Positions 1 through 9,193 of a stretch of DNA of 35,116 bases are shown piece after piece; the first letter of the stretch is position 1, and every line of letters starts with the position of its first letter. The stretch covers positions 1-35,116 of the forward strand of contig CAJFCJ010000118.1 of NCBI GenBank assembly GCA_904063045.1, read 5' to 3'. Position numbers and translations under genes: made by a program. The notes below the pieces were generated by a model. The model ran no database searches. It had not been told where the DNA came from and worked only from the letters and a program-made list of their open reading frames with translations. The stretch is from Dimorphilus gyrociliatus (Eukaryota > Animalia > Annelida).

Positions 1-1553
1 GTCAATTGAGGATCCAATTTGCTAGTAATGCCATCATTCTGCTTCTTTGAACAAATTGATTGCAGAGAAGACTTGACAGCTGTTGGGTAAACTTTTTTAA
101 ATTCTTAAAATTTGAATCAATACATGTAGTAAGGTAGATGTTTGGGCAGCTTCTCTCATTTCCAATGGGAATTTGTGGTATGGGTTTTTACTTATCTTAT
201 GTTTCAGTTTTGCTTCCTTCTTCATCTGCTTTTTAGCCATTCTCATGTGTAGAGTAAAATAAATTCCTTCATAGGTAATCTTAAATTCTCTGGCTGGTGG
301 TCCTTTATACCATATGCCCAATGTTGGTAATACCTTCTTTTGATTCTTTTCTCACTGTATACATATTTTGAAATCGTAACAGATTGTCTTGTTGCCCTTG
401 TCCAATTGACTGCTTGCAGCATTTCTTGGATATAATAGTTATCCAGCTCCCAGTAAGATGGACTAAGGGTTGTTGTAGATGATATATCACAACTTCCTTG
501 AGTGTGCCTTTATTTCTCATTAGTTTATACTTTGTGTTTGTTTCTCTGTACCATTGGTTAAGACTTGGTAAGGGTTGTTTCGCTTGTATAGTAAATTTGT
601 TCTTTAACTTTATTGGGATAGTTTAATAGTCGTTTTTCTTCATTTTTGCCAATCTTCTGATATTGTAGCAAATTGTATAGGTGTTCCTTGCTTGTTTCCT
701 GTATTAAACTCTGTTCCTCCAGTGGTACTAGTACTTTTGTTCCAGGACCACCAATTCCATCAATGAACTTATCTTGATAAGGGATGTCCAGAATAGAATA
801 CCCTGGACAAGAATAGTGACCAGCAAATTTGATACAACTAATTCTGTTGCTAATTTTTATCCATGGTGATTGTTGCCCAAGTGTGTAATTATTCTTGAGG
901 TTTCTAAAGACAATAATTGCCTCTTCTGTCTCACAATAGGACTGCCCTGGTAAACAATCTTCCAGGTAGTCCAGATTAGTTGTAATTTTCATATTAGGAG
1001 GTTGCCAATATGCTTTGCCAAACTGGATAATTGTGGTGTATTCCAGCACCTTGGTAGTTGTTGGCCATGTGTAGGCAGCAGGAAACTGATCTTGGTGGAT
1101 CCAAGTGTTTCTTTTCACCATTAAAGGTTTTCCTTGAAAAGATCGTTTGTCTTTTACCATCTGTCTGCATTGATCATGAGTTACTTTGATAACTGAGTTA
1201 ACAATCTCCTCTTCTTTGCTCCAAAGAAATAGTAAGTGTAAAAATTAGTTCTTAGATACACTTGACATTTTACTGCTCTTGTTTCAATTTCTTCCAAGTT
1301 CAATTCATAGATATCAGCTGTAATTGTCTTGGTTTCTTGTGATTCTATATTACAAGTTGGCTCATCTGCTAGATCAAATGCCTGGCTTGGTAGTTGGTTA
1401 GAACAAAAGTATAACGGTGGTTTAAATGTTAAGGTAATGTTTGCACTTGTAACATGTCACCTTGGTAGGATGGTTTGGGACTGTTATTGAGTGGATGCAG
1501 CCACAGATCACCATTACAGTCATCACTAGTGGAAGCCACAACATCTGTTTCAT
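1..1553 (-). pseudogene. Env-like class III fusion glycoprotein (rhabdovirus G / herpes gB / chuvirus G-like), broken by several frameshifts and truncated by the window edge
   Basis: MKQMLWLPLVMTVMVICGCIHS (ATG 1553) looks like a signal peptide. Stitched frames give LYFCSN...IETRAVKCQVYLRTNFYTYYFFGAK-EEIVNSVIKVTHDQCRQMVKDK...LEDCLPGQSYCETEEAIIVF, then a basic site RIKRR (333-347) and LSSLLCNQFVQRSRMMALLAN(L)DPQL at the window edge. Confidence 0.7.
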
Positions 1554-4500
1554 GTTAGCTCTTCCTGTGTTGGCTATAGTTGAATGGTTGAAAATTTTGT
1601 GTTGTTGTTCCACTCTGATAGTTATTCCATCTTCTAACTCTATATATTGTGGTTCCACTTCTTGTTGGGAATCTAATTGTTCAGAGATGATTTTAGTCTC
1701 ATCTAAAAATATCACTGACTCATTGTCTGTGTCACTTGTATTTTCTTTCTCATCTTGGGATGAATCTACCACTATGAGGGACTCATTATTCGAATGGGTT
1801 ATGTCAATAATTTCACCTTCAATAATTATTGACTCATTATCCGAATGGGTTATATCAATAATTTCGCTTTCAATAGTTATTGACTCATTGTCTGAACTAG
1901 ATATTTCATCTTCTCTATCAGAGATAATGTTTGCCTCTGAATCTGTATTTTGATCCAGTTCATTATTTGTTTCTATGTCATCACTTTCAGATGAGCTTGA
2001 AGGTTCATTGAGACTGTAATTACTGTCTGTTTTGAAAGTATTGCTTGTGTCATAACCAGTATCAGAATTAGTAACTTCCATCTCTGAGTCATCACTATCT
2101 GAGCTTTCTGATGAAGAGTCATGCTGTCCCATCATGGCTATAGTGACTTTGTTTAGTTGAGGTTGCCTTATTCTTTCAGCCAGGTTCCCTTTCCTTCTAT
2201 CAAATTTGAGAGAACACTGTTTAGCTTCAAAATTGAGGTTTGCTCCCACAGTTTGTAGGAAATCACAACCAAGTATTATTGCTATGTCTAGATTTTCCAT
2301 AACTATAAATTCTTGTTTCATACTTTCTCCAGCAAATTGGATATTCAGCTTTACGCTTCCTTTTTGCTTTAAAGCTTTCCCATCAGCTGAAGTTATAATT
2401 GGTAAGCCAATTGTTTCTTTATCCATAATTGTAACATCCATTAACTTGATTTCTTTTTCAGTAATAAAGGATCTCAATGCTCCTGTGTCACACAAGGCAA
2501 TGACTTCTTGGCCTTTTTGATTCTTCAAACGGAATTGGAAGTCATTTCTTCCTTCTACCTGAGAAAGATATTGGAGGTGTGTTATTTCCTTCTCCACAAG
2601 GTGAAAGATTGTTGTTGCTTCTTTCCTTGTTTCCAACTTATTAGATTCATTGGCTAGTCTTAATCTGCTACCATGTACCAACTTGCATGTATTATCATCC
2701 ATTTGTATTTCATATATCCACTTTTGATGATTGACTTTTGTTATTCGGTATGGGCCTAACCATTTTAAAGAAGGGATTTTTGTTATTGCAATTCTTGCAG
2801 CATCATTTCTTAAGAATACTTCATCATCAACCTCAAAATATTTTGGAAGATTGAGATTTCTATTCTTTCTTTCCCTATATTGTTCTTTTGCCATGATGGA
2901 TTTACAGAAGGCTGTAGCTCTTAACTGTACCAATTGCTGCTGGTGATTGAATACAAATAGTACATTTGTTTCAGGAGAGGTAGTATGCATTGTTACATCA
3001 ATCAGTGTTCTTGTGCTGGTGCCAAAAAGAAGTTCCTGGGGTGGTAGTCTTGTACTTCCTACAGGTGATTGATTCAAAAATGCTTGAATCAAGGGTAGGT
3101 TTGCAACCCAGTTATGCTGATTTTCTTCCACCACTAATTTATTGATTTCCTTCCTCACTTCTCTATTTCTTCGTTCAACTAGTCCATTGCTCTGGCTTCT
3201 ATAAGCTGTTGTTTGGATTTTCTCAATACCTAATACCTTCATAAACTCTTTAAAAGCTTTACCAACAAAGTTTCTTCCTTGATCTGTCAACATTTGTTTT
3301 GGAATTCCAAAAATGGGAAAAAATCTGTTGAAAAGAAGGTTTGCAATTTCTTTACTGGTTTGCTGTTTGAGTGCATATAAAACTGTGTATCTACTGAAAT
3401 GATCCACTATCACAAGTATGAATCTGTATGACTTAACCATGGGTAAGGGTCCCATTATATCCATGGCTACCAACTCCATTGGTGATGCAGGGTGAAAGGT
3501 TTCTACCAAAGGGTATACTCTACTCCTACCATTCATTTGTTCACACAAAGTGCAATCCTTTATTGAATTCTCAATCATAATCTTTAATTTTGGGTGCCAA
3601 AAGGTCTTTGTAATTATTTGTAATGTCATTCTGGGTCCATGGTGATTGTGAATTTTATTTTTATGGAATTTAGGGAGCAGAGTTAGCATCAAATGGTCAG
3701 GTAAAACCAGAATGTTTCTTTCTTCAAGGATAATCCAGATCATTTCCTTGTGAACAAACATCTCCATTATGAAAGGTGTAAAAGTTCCAAAATAAGGAAT
3801 AGGTAGCTGACCATCCAGTGTTAAATATTCTTTAATTGATTTTAAATTCACATCTTTTTCTTGCTCTGACTGTAAGTCAACAGAAGACAAATCAATTTTC
3901 TCTTCACTGTTATCACTGGTAGCTACAAAAGTTAACTCTGGTGTATGTTCATACTGTTCCATTTTAACTGAAATAGAGGGAGAATTCTCCTTTTTGATCT
4001 TTCCATGAATTAGCTCTTCAAATGTTACTTTCCTTGGGGGTGTATATTCTTCTAATCTTGTTAATGCATCTGTTGTTAAGTGAAAATCTTTAGCAAAATC
4101 AGGTAGTTGTAATACAGGAGGGTTAACTACTGCATCTCTCAACTTGAAAAATGATTGCTTGGCTTCCTCAGTCCATTGCAATTTATCCTTTTTCCCATGT
4201 AGTTTCATTAACATATACAGAGGTTTAGCTACTCTTGCAAAATCTTGTATAAATTTTCTGTAATAGCCACAAAACGCAACAAAGCTTAGTAGTGAATTTG
4301 CAAACACTGGTGGCTGTAAATTATATAATTTATCTGTCTTGGACTTATCTGTTTCAATCCCCTTTTCTGATACAATGTGTCCCAAGAATTGAACTTGTTC
4401 TTTCAAAAACACACATTTACTTAGTTTAATCTTAAAATTGTACTTTTGAATCTGTTGAAGAATGGTCTCCAATGCTTCCCAATGTTGGTCCAGCGACTTG

Positions 4501-6752
4501 GTAAATATTATTATGTCATCAAGGTAGTTTAGGCACAAATGCTTTACATCCTTTAGCACAAATGAATTCATTACATAACTAAAATGAGGAGGGGCATTCG
4601 TTAATCCAAAAGGCATCTTAATAAATTCAAACAAGCCAAAAGGTGTAATAAATGCTGTTTTAGACCTATCTTCTTTCTTGATGTTAATGTGGTGGTATGC
4701 ACTTGTCAAATCCATTGTAGAAAAGAATTTATTTCCTCCTCCCAAATGGTCAAAAAGATCATCTTGATTTGGCAGTGGATACTTGTTTTTAACTGTCATT
4801 TTGTTTAGTTTTCTATAATCTACACACATTCGTAGACTACCTTCCTTCTTTCTTACGAAAACAATTGGTGAAGCCCAATTGCTCTTGCTTGGTTGAATAA
4901 CTTTGCTTTTTACCAATTCAGCTATCTGTTGCTTACATTCTTCTTGTTTTTGAGGAGGCATTCTATATGGCCTTTGTCTATATGGTGTTGAACCTGGTTC
5001 AAGAGTTATTTCCAAGGGTGGTACCTCTGGATTGCCAATATCAAATCTGTCTTCTGCAATAGTTTCTTTATATTTTGCCAGAATTTGGGTAACTTTGTTC
5101 TTCATCTCGGGATTTTCTTGTTCAATTGTTGTCTGAAGGGTATGTATTTGACTCTCATTCTTTTTCATAATAAGAGGAACTGGGTAAAACCCTTTGAAAG
5201 ATAAGTGTTGTGTTCCAACAGGGTAATTCTTTTCTGTACCTGGCTGGAGTATAATCTGTCTCTTGCCAAAGTCAAGGGTAGCTCCATTTTGTTGTAGAAA
5301 GTCACACCCAATAATACATTGTTGTGTAATGATTTTGTTGATCAGAAAGCGTTGTTTAATAATCTTTCCATTAAAATAAAGTCTGAGAATGATTTCTCCA
5401 CATATCTCAATGCTATTTCCTGAAGCATCTCTAGCATTTTTCACAGTTTGTTCTGGGAAGGATGCTTTTCCTTGAACTTGTCTTAATACCTTTTTTGAAA
5501 TGAAAGATCTGTCACTACCAGAGTCTATCAAGGCATCAAACTTAAAACCAGTATTAGTTTCAAATTGTCCAATAAATGTTGAAGCATTTCGCTCAGATTG
5601 TTTGCTTTGTAACAGCTGACAAGTGGATTCGTCACTATCTGAAAAACAGAGAATATCTTGAACTTCATCGTTTTCTGACATGCTTTCATTGTCTAATGTT
5701 TCTAATTTTTGTAGCTTAGGTTCCTCTTTCAGTATCGTCTTTGCTGGTTGATTTTTCTTATAATACCTATTTGTTGTAGTTGGTGCATACTTTTGGACTT
5801 TTTGGCTTGAAAACTTTTCTTTAGTAGCATTTTTGTTGTCAGGTACATGCTTTCTATTCCAGAAATTTGGGGTTTCTGTAGAAGCATCTTTTCTGATTAC
5901 CTGGGTCTTTTTGGTCTCTTTTCTTTGTTGAGTTTCCAATTTTGACACCATTGTGATCGGTTTTCTTTGAGTTAGTTTTAATGAAGTTTCTGCTTGCTTA
6001 GCAGCCTCATATAGTTCTGCCAATGTTTGACATTTAGGATGTAAGGTGTACACTAAATGTAGAATATCCTGTTGTAATCCTCTTTGTAAAACTTCCATCA
6101 GTTTTATTTCTTTCATAGTTGCAAGCAATTGTGGTTCCATTGGTCTAGGTGGAGAAAACCTCTTTATCAATTTCTTTGCTCTATTAACAAACTGAACCAC
6201 ACTTTCGCCATTCATTTGCTTTAAGTTAAGCAATTTCTCCTGATACTCCAAAGGATCTAGATCAAATTCGTCATGGAGGGCTTTCCATATTTCCTCCACA
6301 GTAGGCTCTCCATCCAGAGCCAACACCAAATCCTTTGCAGGACCAGTTAAATAATCTAAAAGATTTGCTTTCACAACATCTTCTCCTATCCAACCATAAG
6401 CATAACATGCCTGATTAAAGTCTTCTTTGAATTTTGAACACTCCTTGCTTCCATCATACAACTTGAGAATAGTTCTTTGAGGGCGGTCCCAAGCAGCCCT
6501 TAATGCTTGAATTACTGTTGTGATATCAACATTTGGGTTCTGTGCTGGGTGATGTGTTCCATCTCCATGATCTGTTGGAATTGTGATTCGATTTCTTTTC
6601 ATTTCACTCACCAATCTATCATAGTCTTCAATTAGTCTTTGTTGCCTTTCTGACATTCCTGCTGGCTGAATTGTAATTGTTGGAGTTGCTGGGGTTGAAG
6701 GGTTAGAGTCTGTAACTGCCCCAGTGGCGTTTCCATTTCCTCCTTCTGCCAT
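1422..6752 (-). CDS. Gag-Pol polyprotein: Gag, retropepsin 1, reverse transcriptase, RNase H deleted, integrase with GPY/F region, retropepsin 2, acidic spacer, Env signal peptide
   Basis: Uninterrupted ORF. PR1 LIDSGS (DSG 5517-5525) ...IIGCDFL. RT WASPIVFVRKK, CVDYRKLN, MPFGLTNAP, YLDD (4515-4526). IN zinc finger HNHH...CTLC, MDIMGP, TDQG (D 3282-3284) and LVERRN (E 3174-3176) giving D(35)E. WLGPY at ~2750. PR2 LCDTGA (2481-2489) ...ILGCDFL. The likely true start is MAEGG at 6752, downstream of the PBS. Confidence 0.93.
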   Translation of the reverse strand: MAEGGNGNATGAVTDSNPSTPATPTITIQPAGMSERQQRLIEDYDRLVSEMKRNRITIPTDHGDGTHHPAQNPNVDITTVIQALRAAWDRPQRTILKLYDGSKECSKFKEDFNQACYAYGWIGEDVVKANLLDYLTGPAKDLVLALDGEPTVEEIWKALHDEFDLDPLEYQEKLLNLKQMNGESVVQFVNRAKKLIKRFSPPRPMEPQLLATMKEIKLMEVLQRGLQQDILHLVYTLHPKCQTLAELYEAAKQAETSLKLTQRKPITMVSKLETQQRKETKKTQVIRKDASTETPNFWNRKHVPDNKNATKEKFSSQKVQKYAPTTTNRYYKKNQPAKTILKEEPKLQKLETLDNESMSENDEVQDILCFSDSDESTCQLLQSKQSERNASTFIGQFETNTGFKFDALIDSGSDRSFISKKVLRQVQGKASFPEQTVKNARDASGNSIEICGEIILRLYFNGKIIKQRFLINKIITQQCIIGCDFLQQNGATLDFGKRQIILQPGTEKNYPVGTQHLSFKGFYPVPLIMKKNESQIHTLQTTIEQENPEMKNKVTQILAKYKETIAEDRFDIGNPEVPPLEITLEPGSTPYRQRPYRMPPQKQEECKQQIAELVKSKVIQPSKSNWASPIVFVRKKEGSLRMCVDYRKLNKMTVKNKYPLPNQDDLFDHLGGGNKFFSTMDLTSAYHHINIKKEDRSKTAFITPFGLFEFIKMPFGLTNAPPHFSYVMNSFVLKDVKHLCLNYLDDIIIFTKSLDQHWEALETILQQIQKYNFKIKLSKCVFLKEQVQFLGHIVSEKGIETDKSKTDKLYNLQPPVFANSLLSFVAFCGYYRKFIQDFARVAKPLYMLMKLHGKKDKLQWTEEAKQSFFKLRDAVVNPPVLQLPDFAKDFHLTTDALTRLEEYTPPRKVTFEELIHGKIKKENSPSISVKMEQYEHTPELTFVATSDNSEEKIDLSSVDLQSEQEKDVNLKSIKEYLTLDGQLPIPYFGTFTPFIMEMFVHKEMIWIILEERNILVLPDHLMLTLLPKFHKNKIHNHHGPRMTLQIITKTFWHPKLKIMIENSIKDCTLCEQMNGRSRVYPLVETFHPASPMELVAMDIMGPLPMVKSYRFILVIVDHFSRYTVLYALKQQTSKEIANLLFNRFFPIFGIPKQMLTDQGRNFVGKAFKEFMKVLGIEKIQTTAYRSQSNGLVERRNREVRKEINKLVVEENQHNWVANLPLIQAFLNQSPVGSTRLPPQELLFGTSTRTLIDVTMHTTSPETNVLFVFNHQQQLVQLRATAFCKSIMAKEQYRERKNRNLNLPKYFEVDDEVFLRNDAARIAITKIPSLKWLGPYRITKVNHQKWIYEIQMDDNTCKLVHGSRLRLANESNKLETRKEATTIFHLVEKEITHLQYLSQVEGRNDFQFRLKNQKGQEVIALCDTGALRSFITEKEIKLMDVTIMDKETIGLPIITSADGKALKQKGSVKLNIQFAGESMKQEFIVMENLDIAIILGCDFLQTVGANLNFEAKQCSLKFDRRKGNLAERIRQPQLNKVTIAMMGQHDSSSESSDSDDSEMEVTNSDTGYDTSNTFKTDSNYSLNEPSSSSESDDIETNNELDQNTDSEANIISDREDEISSSDNESITIESEIIDITHSDNESIIIEGEIIDITHSNNESLIVVDSSQDEKENTSDTDNESVIFLDETKIISEQLDSQQEVEPQYIELEDGITIRVEQQHKIFNHSTIANTGRANMKQMLWLPLVMTVMVICGCIHSITVPNHPTKVTCYKCKHYLNI
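1765..1895 (-). repeat. 51-bp (17-aa) tandem repeat, about 2.5 copies, in the acidic spacer
   Basis: SDNESITIESEIIDITH / SDNESIIIEGEIIDITH / SNNESLIVV in the translated ORF. Confidence 0.85.
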
Positions 6753-6790
6753 ATTTACTTTCTCAAAACTTTTGAATAAACCAAAAGAAT

Positions 6791-6808
6791 ATCCTGTCGA
6801 CTGCGCCA
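6791..6808 (-). promoter_or_regulatory. Primer-binding site, tRNA-Ser type
   Basis: Minus strand TGGCGCAGTCGACAGGAT. This matches at 16 of 18 positions the complement of the tRNA-Ser 3' end as recalled for insect errantivirus PBSs (TGGCGCAGTCGGTAGGAT). It lies 39 nt before the gag ATG. Confidence 0.85.
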
Positions 6809-7209
6809 AATTTGTACTGCTCTTGCTGGCAAAATCTATGCGTTTGCAAGTTATAACAATACTGGTTCTACTCGAACCTTTAAACAAATGTTTAAATTAA
6901 AACGGTTTATTCGCAATAATAATACTTAAGCAAGTAACAATATGAGAGTTCGATAGCAGAGTAGATAGTTTGTAAAAGCAGGTTGCCAAATTACCAAACT
7001 GTCTTCTAATGTTGAGGAGTAGATGGATGGTTCCAGTGGAGGTTGTTTCCAGATGATTTTCCCAGGTCCTTGGGTCCAGATGGAAGCTGCATGCCAAATG
7101 AGAATAATGAGAATTTATATACTTTGAGGTTTGTCTCTGACATCCAATCATCACTTTACAGTTGCCGAAATGTGTAGTTCATATTTATCTTTAGTAACAG
7201 GATGTTACA
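6809..7209 (-). repeat. Putative 5' LTR (3' end fixed by the PBS; 5' end uncertain)
   Basis: Ends ...AGTACAAATT directly before the PBS. Contains AATAAA (plus 6906-6911) and a TATATAAA-like motif (~7115-7122). Candidate start TGTAACA at 7209. The second LTR is not in the window, so this cannot be confirmed. Confidence 0.5.
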
Positions 7210-7228
7210 AGGTTCAACATTTAGGAAG

Positions 7229-7288
7229 GTTAATTGAATTATAACTTGGCCACACCCTAGGCAAGTTAATTAAATTATAACTTGGCCA
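7229..7288. repeat. 24-bp direct repeat pair with a 36-bp period, upstream of or within the LTR U3
   Basis: gttaattgaattataacttggcca (7229-7252) and gttaattaaattataacttggcca (7265-7288), one mismatch. Confidence 0.85.
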
Positions 7289-8610
7289 AACCTTTATTGG
7301 TAATTAAAGATGAGCCTTCAAGCTGACTAATCAGACTTATGTTTGGCCAATGTTATAGCATTTTCTTGCGTAGGTTTTAAGATGTACATGTATATGTTGC
7401 ATAAAATAATAGAGTTCAAGCATGTAAAATATAACCAAAGTTGTACATAAGCAAGTTTAAACAACAGTTGACAGTTGCAGAACTGAACTGCCAAACTAGG
7501 GAAATGCATATCGTTTTATACATTTACCAAAGCTTGGGTACACTTGGTCAAAGAATTAGAAAGTTGAAATGTAACAGTCTCATAACACACATATAAAAAA
7601 AACATGATAAACTATTACATGACTTATGACTAACATGTGGCACTGCGAAAACAAGCCTGCCTCCTCCAGATCTGTTTTTGAATAAGATGTAACAAGTTTG
7701 ACATGCTTTTTTTCTATATGGTTTGTTCATTTGTTAATTCCATAGTGGTACCATCTGATATGGTCAAAGAATTTATTTCCTACAAAATAAAGGCAATTTT
7801 AAAGTGCACAGATATCCCACCCTTTTAAGACCTTGTTTCCATGAAAGGTCTGGGACTTGTCACAATGACTCTGTTATCTATCTATTGATGTAGAAATACA
7901 AGCCGCTTGTAATGCATATTGGAATAATGAAACAACAAACAGATAGCCTGACATCACAAACAGTTCAATCCAGGCAATCTATAAACAATCTGAAGAAGTT
8001 ATCTCCAAAGATTTTGATATATCTAACTTCATGAAGAGAATGGTGGAAAATACAAATATGGGAAATCTTAAAAAATTGGGATCAGTTGAAAATGGCCATA
8101 ACTGAAATTTTTGAAGGTTAGATTTAAGGTTGGGAAATGGTTAGGGGGAATAAGATAACTATTGATATGTACTTAGGGAATTCCATCTAAGAGTTAGGGG
8201 CATTTAAAAAGGTTAGATAAAAAAAAGGGCTAGGTTAGCTTTAAGGTAAAACTATAGATTTTTGGCTATTTTCTACCACATCCTAAAAAATTTAGTAAAT
8301 TGCCATATGATGTTTCTGCCAAAGGTAGTCATAGGAGGTTATTTCGAACTGCTTTGCAGGAAGTAGTTAACCTTTATTTAATTATTAGTCAAGGTGAAAA
8401 ACTTAAAGATGGTAACATTAGACATTTGAGTGGCAAATTTTTAAATCCTCAAATAATTCATACTTTAATTCATTAAAGAAGAAAAACCATAGAAATTGTC
8501 CTGAAACAATAAAGCAAAGAGGAAATCTGAAGTCAATCAAATCATAACCATGAGAAAACAAAGAGTTTGATGACAAGCATAAAGGCTAGGAGAGAATTAA
8601 AAAGTATTTG

Positions 8611-9054
8611 TGTACACTTATGAGCTATAGTTTATAGATATTTTATAAATGATACTTACTATATGGTAGAAGTGTTGAAGTAGATGTTGCCTCTAGGGTA
8701 GATGGTACCGAACTGCCAGAATCAACCCCTTTTATAGGCAAAGGATAAGATGTTACATAACAAGCATGTTGACAACAACAACAAGTCTTTATTTACATAA
8801 ATATGATGTAAGAATTGACCCTTGATGGGTAACCTACACAAAGTTGTTATTGTTTACATCACTATTGCATAATATGATAACCTTTGACCCTGTTTGTTGT
8901 GAACAATCCTTATCTGGGGTTAGACCCTTGTTGTTGACAGCCAAGGCATAAACAACTGATAAGGAATTGTATAACAGCAGGGCATAGGAAGTAACAGGCA
9001 TTCAGTCCTGAATCAACTCACTTAGTGAACAGGTCTAGTATTACTTTAGAATAC
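8611..9054 (+). repeat. Left long inverted repeat of MULE 1
   Basis: Reverse complement of 10853-11264. Shared blocks include gtgttgaagtagatgttgcctct, ccctgtttgttgtgaacaatccttatctg and cttagtgaacaggtctagtattactttagaatac. The left copy has a ~20-bp insertion. Confidence 0.92.
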
Positions 9055-9193
9055 AGTTATATTATTCTTACAGTTTGGTTCTATATTCATCCTTCATCAA
9101 TTCTACATCTCTCTTCTAAGTGGCTTACTCCTGGTTTGGTTCTATTTGGACCACTACTTACCTACAACCTCAGCAGGAAAGTACAATTTCAAT

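Larger units (their letters stand above)
1..7209 (-). mobile_element. Ty3/gypsy (Metaviridae, errantivirus-like) LTR retrotransposon, 5' part; the rest of env and the 3' LTR lie left of the window
   Basis: Domain order Gag-PR-RT-IN (gypsy order), PBS at 6791-6808 just upstream of gag, env-like sequence downstream. The right boundary (7209) is only a candidate. Confidence 0.92.

Noticed and set aside
1420-1426. TTTAAAC slippery heptamer at the Pol/Env break (programmed -1 frameshift)
   Set aside because: In the Pol frame it is phased TT-TAA-AC and contains the stop, and Env is in the +1 frame. This does not fit X-XXY-YYZ -1 slippage.
1462-2946. Plus-strand ORFs 1462-1953, 2206-2520 and 2731-2946
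   Set aside because: They are antisense shadows of the polyprotein with no recognisable motifs.
6753-6887. ORF-track start at 6887 adding 45 codons to Gag
   Set aside because: These codons run through the PBS and the LTR end. The ATG at 6752, after the PBS, is the plausible start.
7203-7694. TGTTACA...TGTAACA inverted ends suggesting a solo LTR of another element
   Set aside because: No target-site duplication flanks either candidate right end (7576 or 7694), and such 7-mers are common in AT-rich DNA.
7860-8120. Partly open plus-strand frames between the retroelement and MULE 1
   Set aside because: They contain stops and no recognisable motif.
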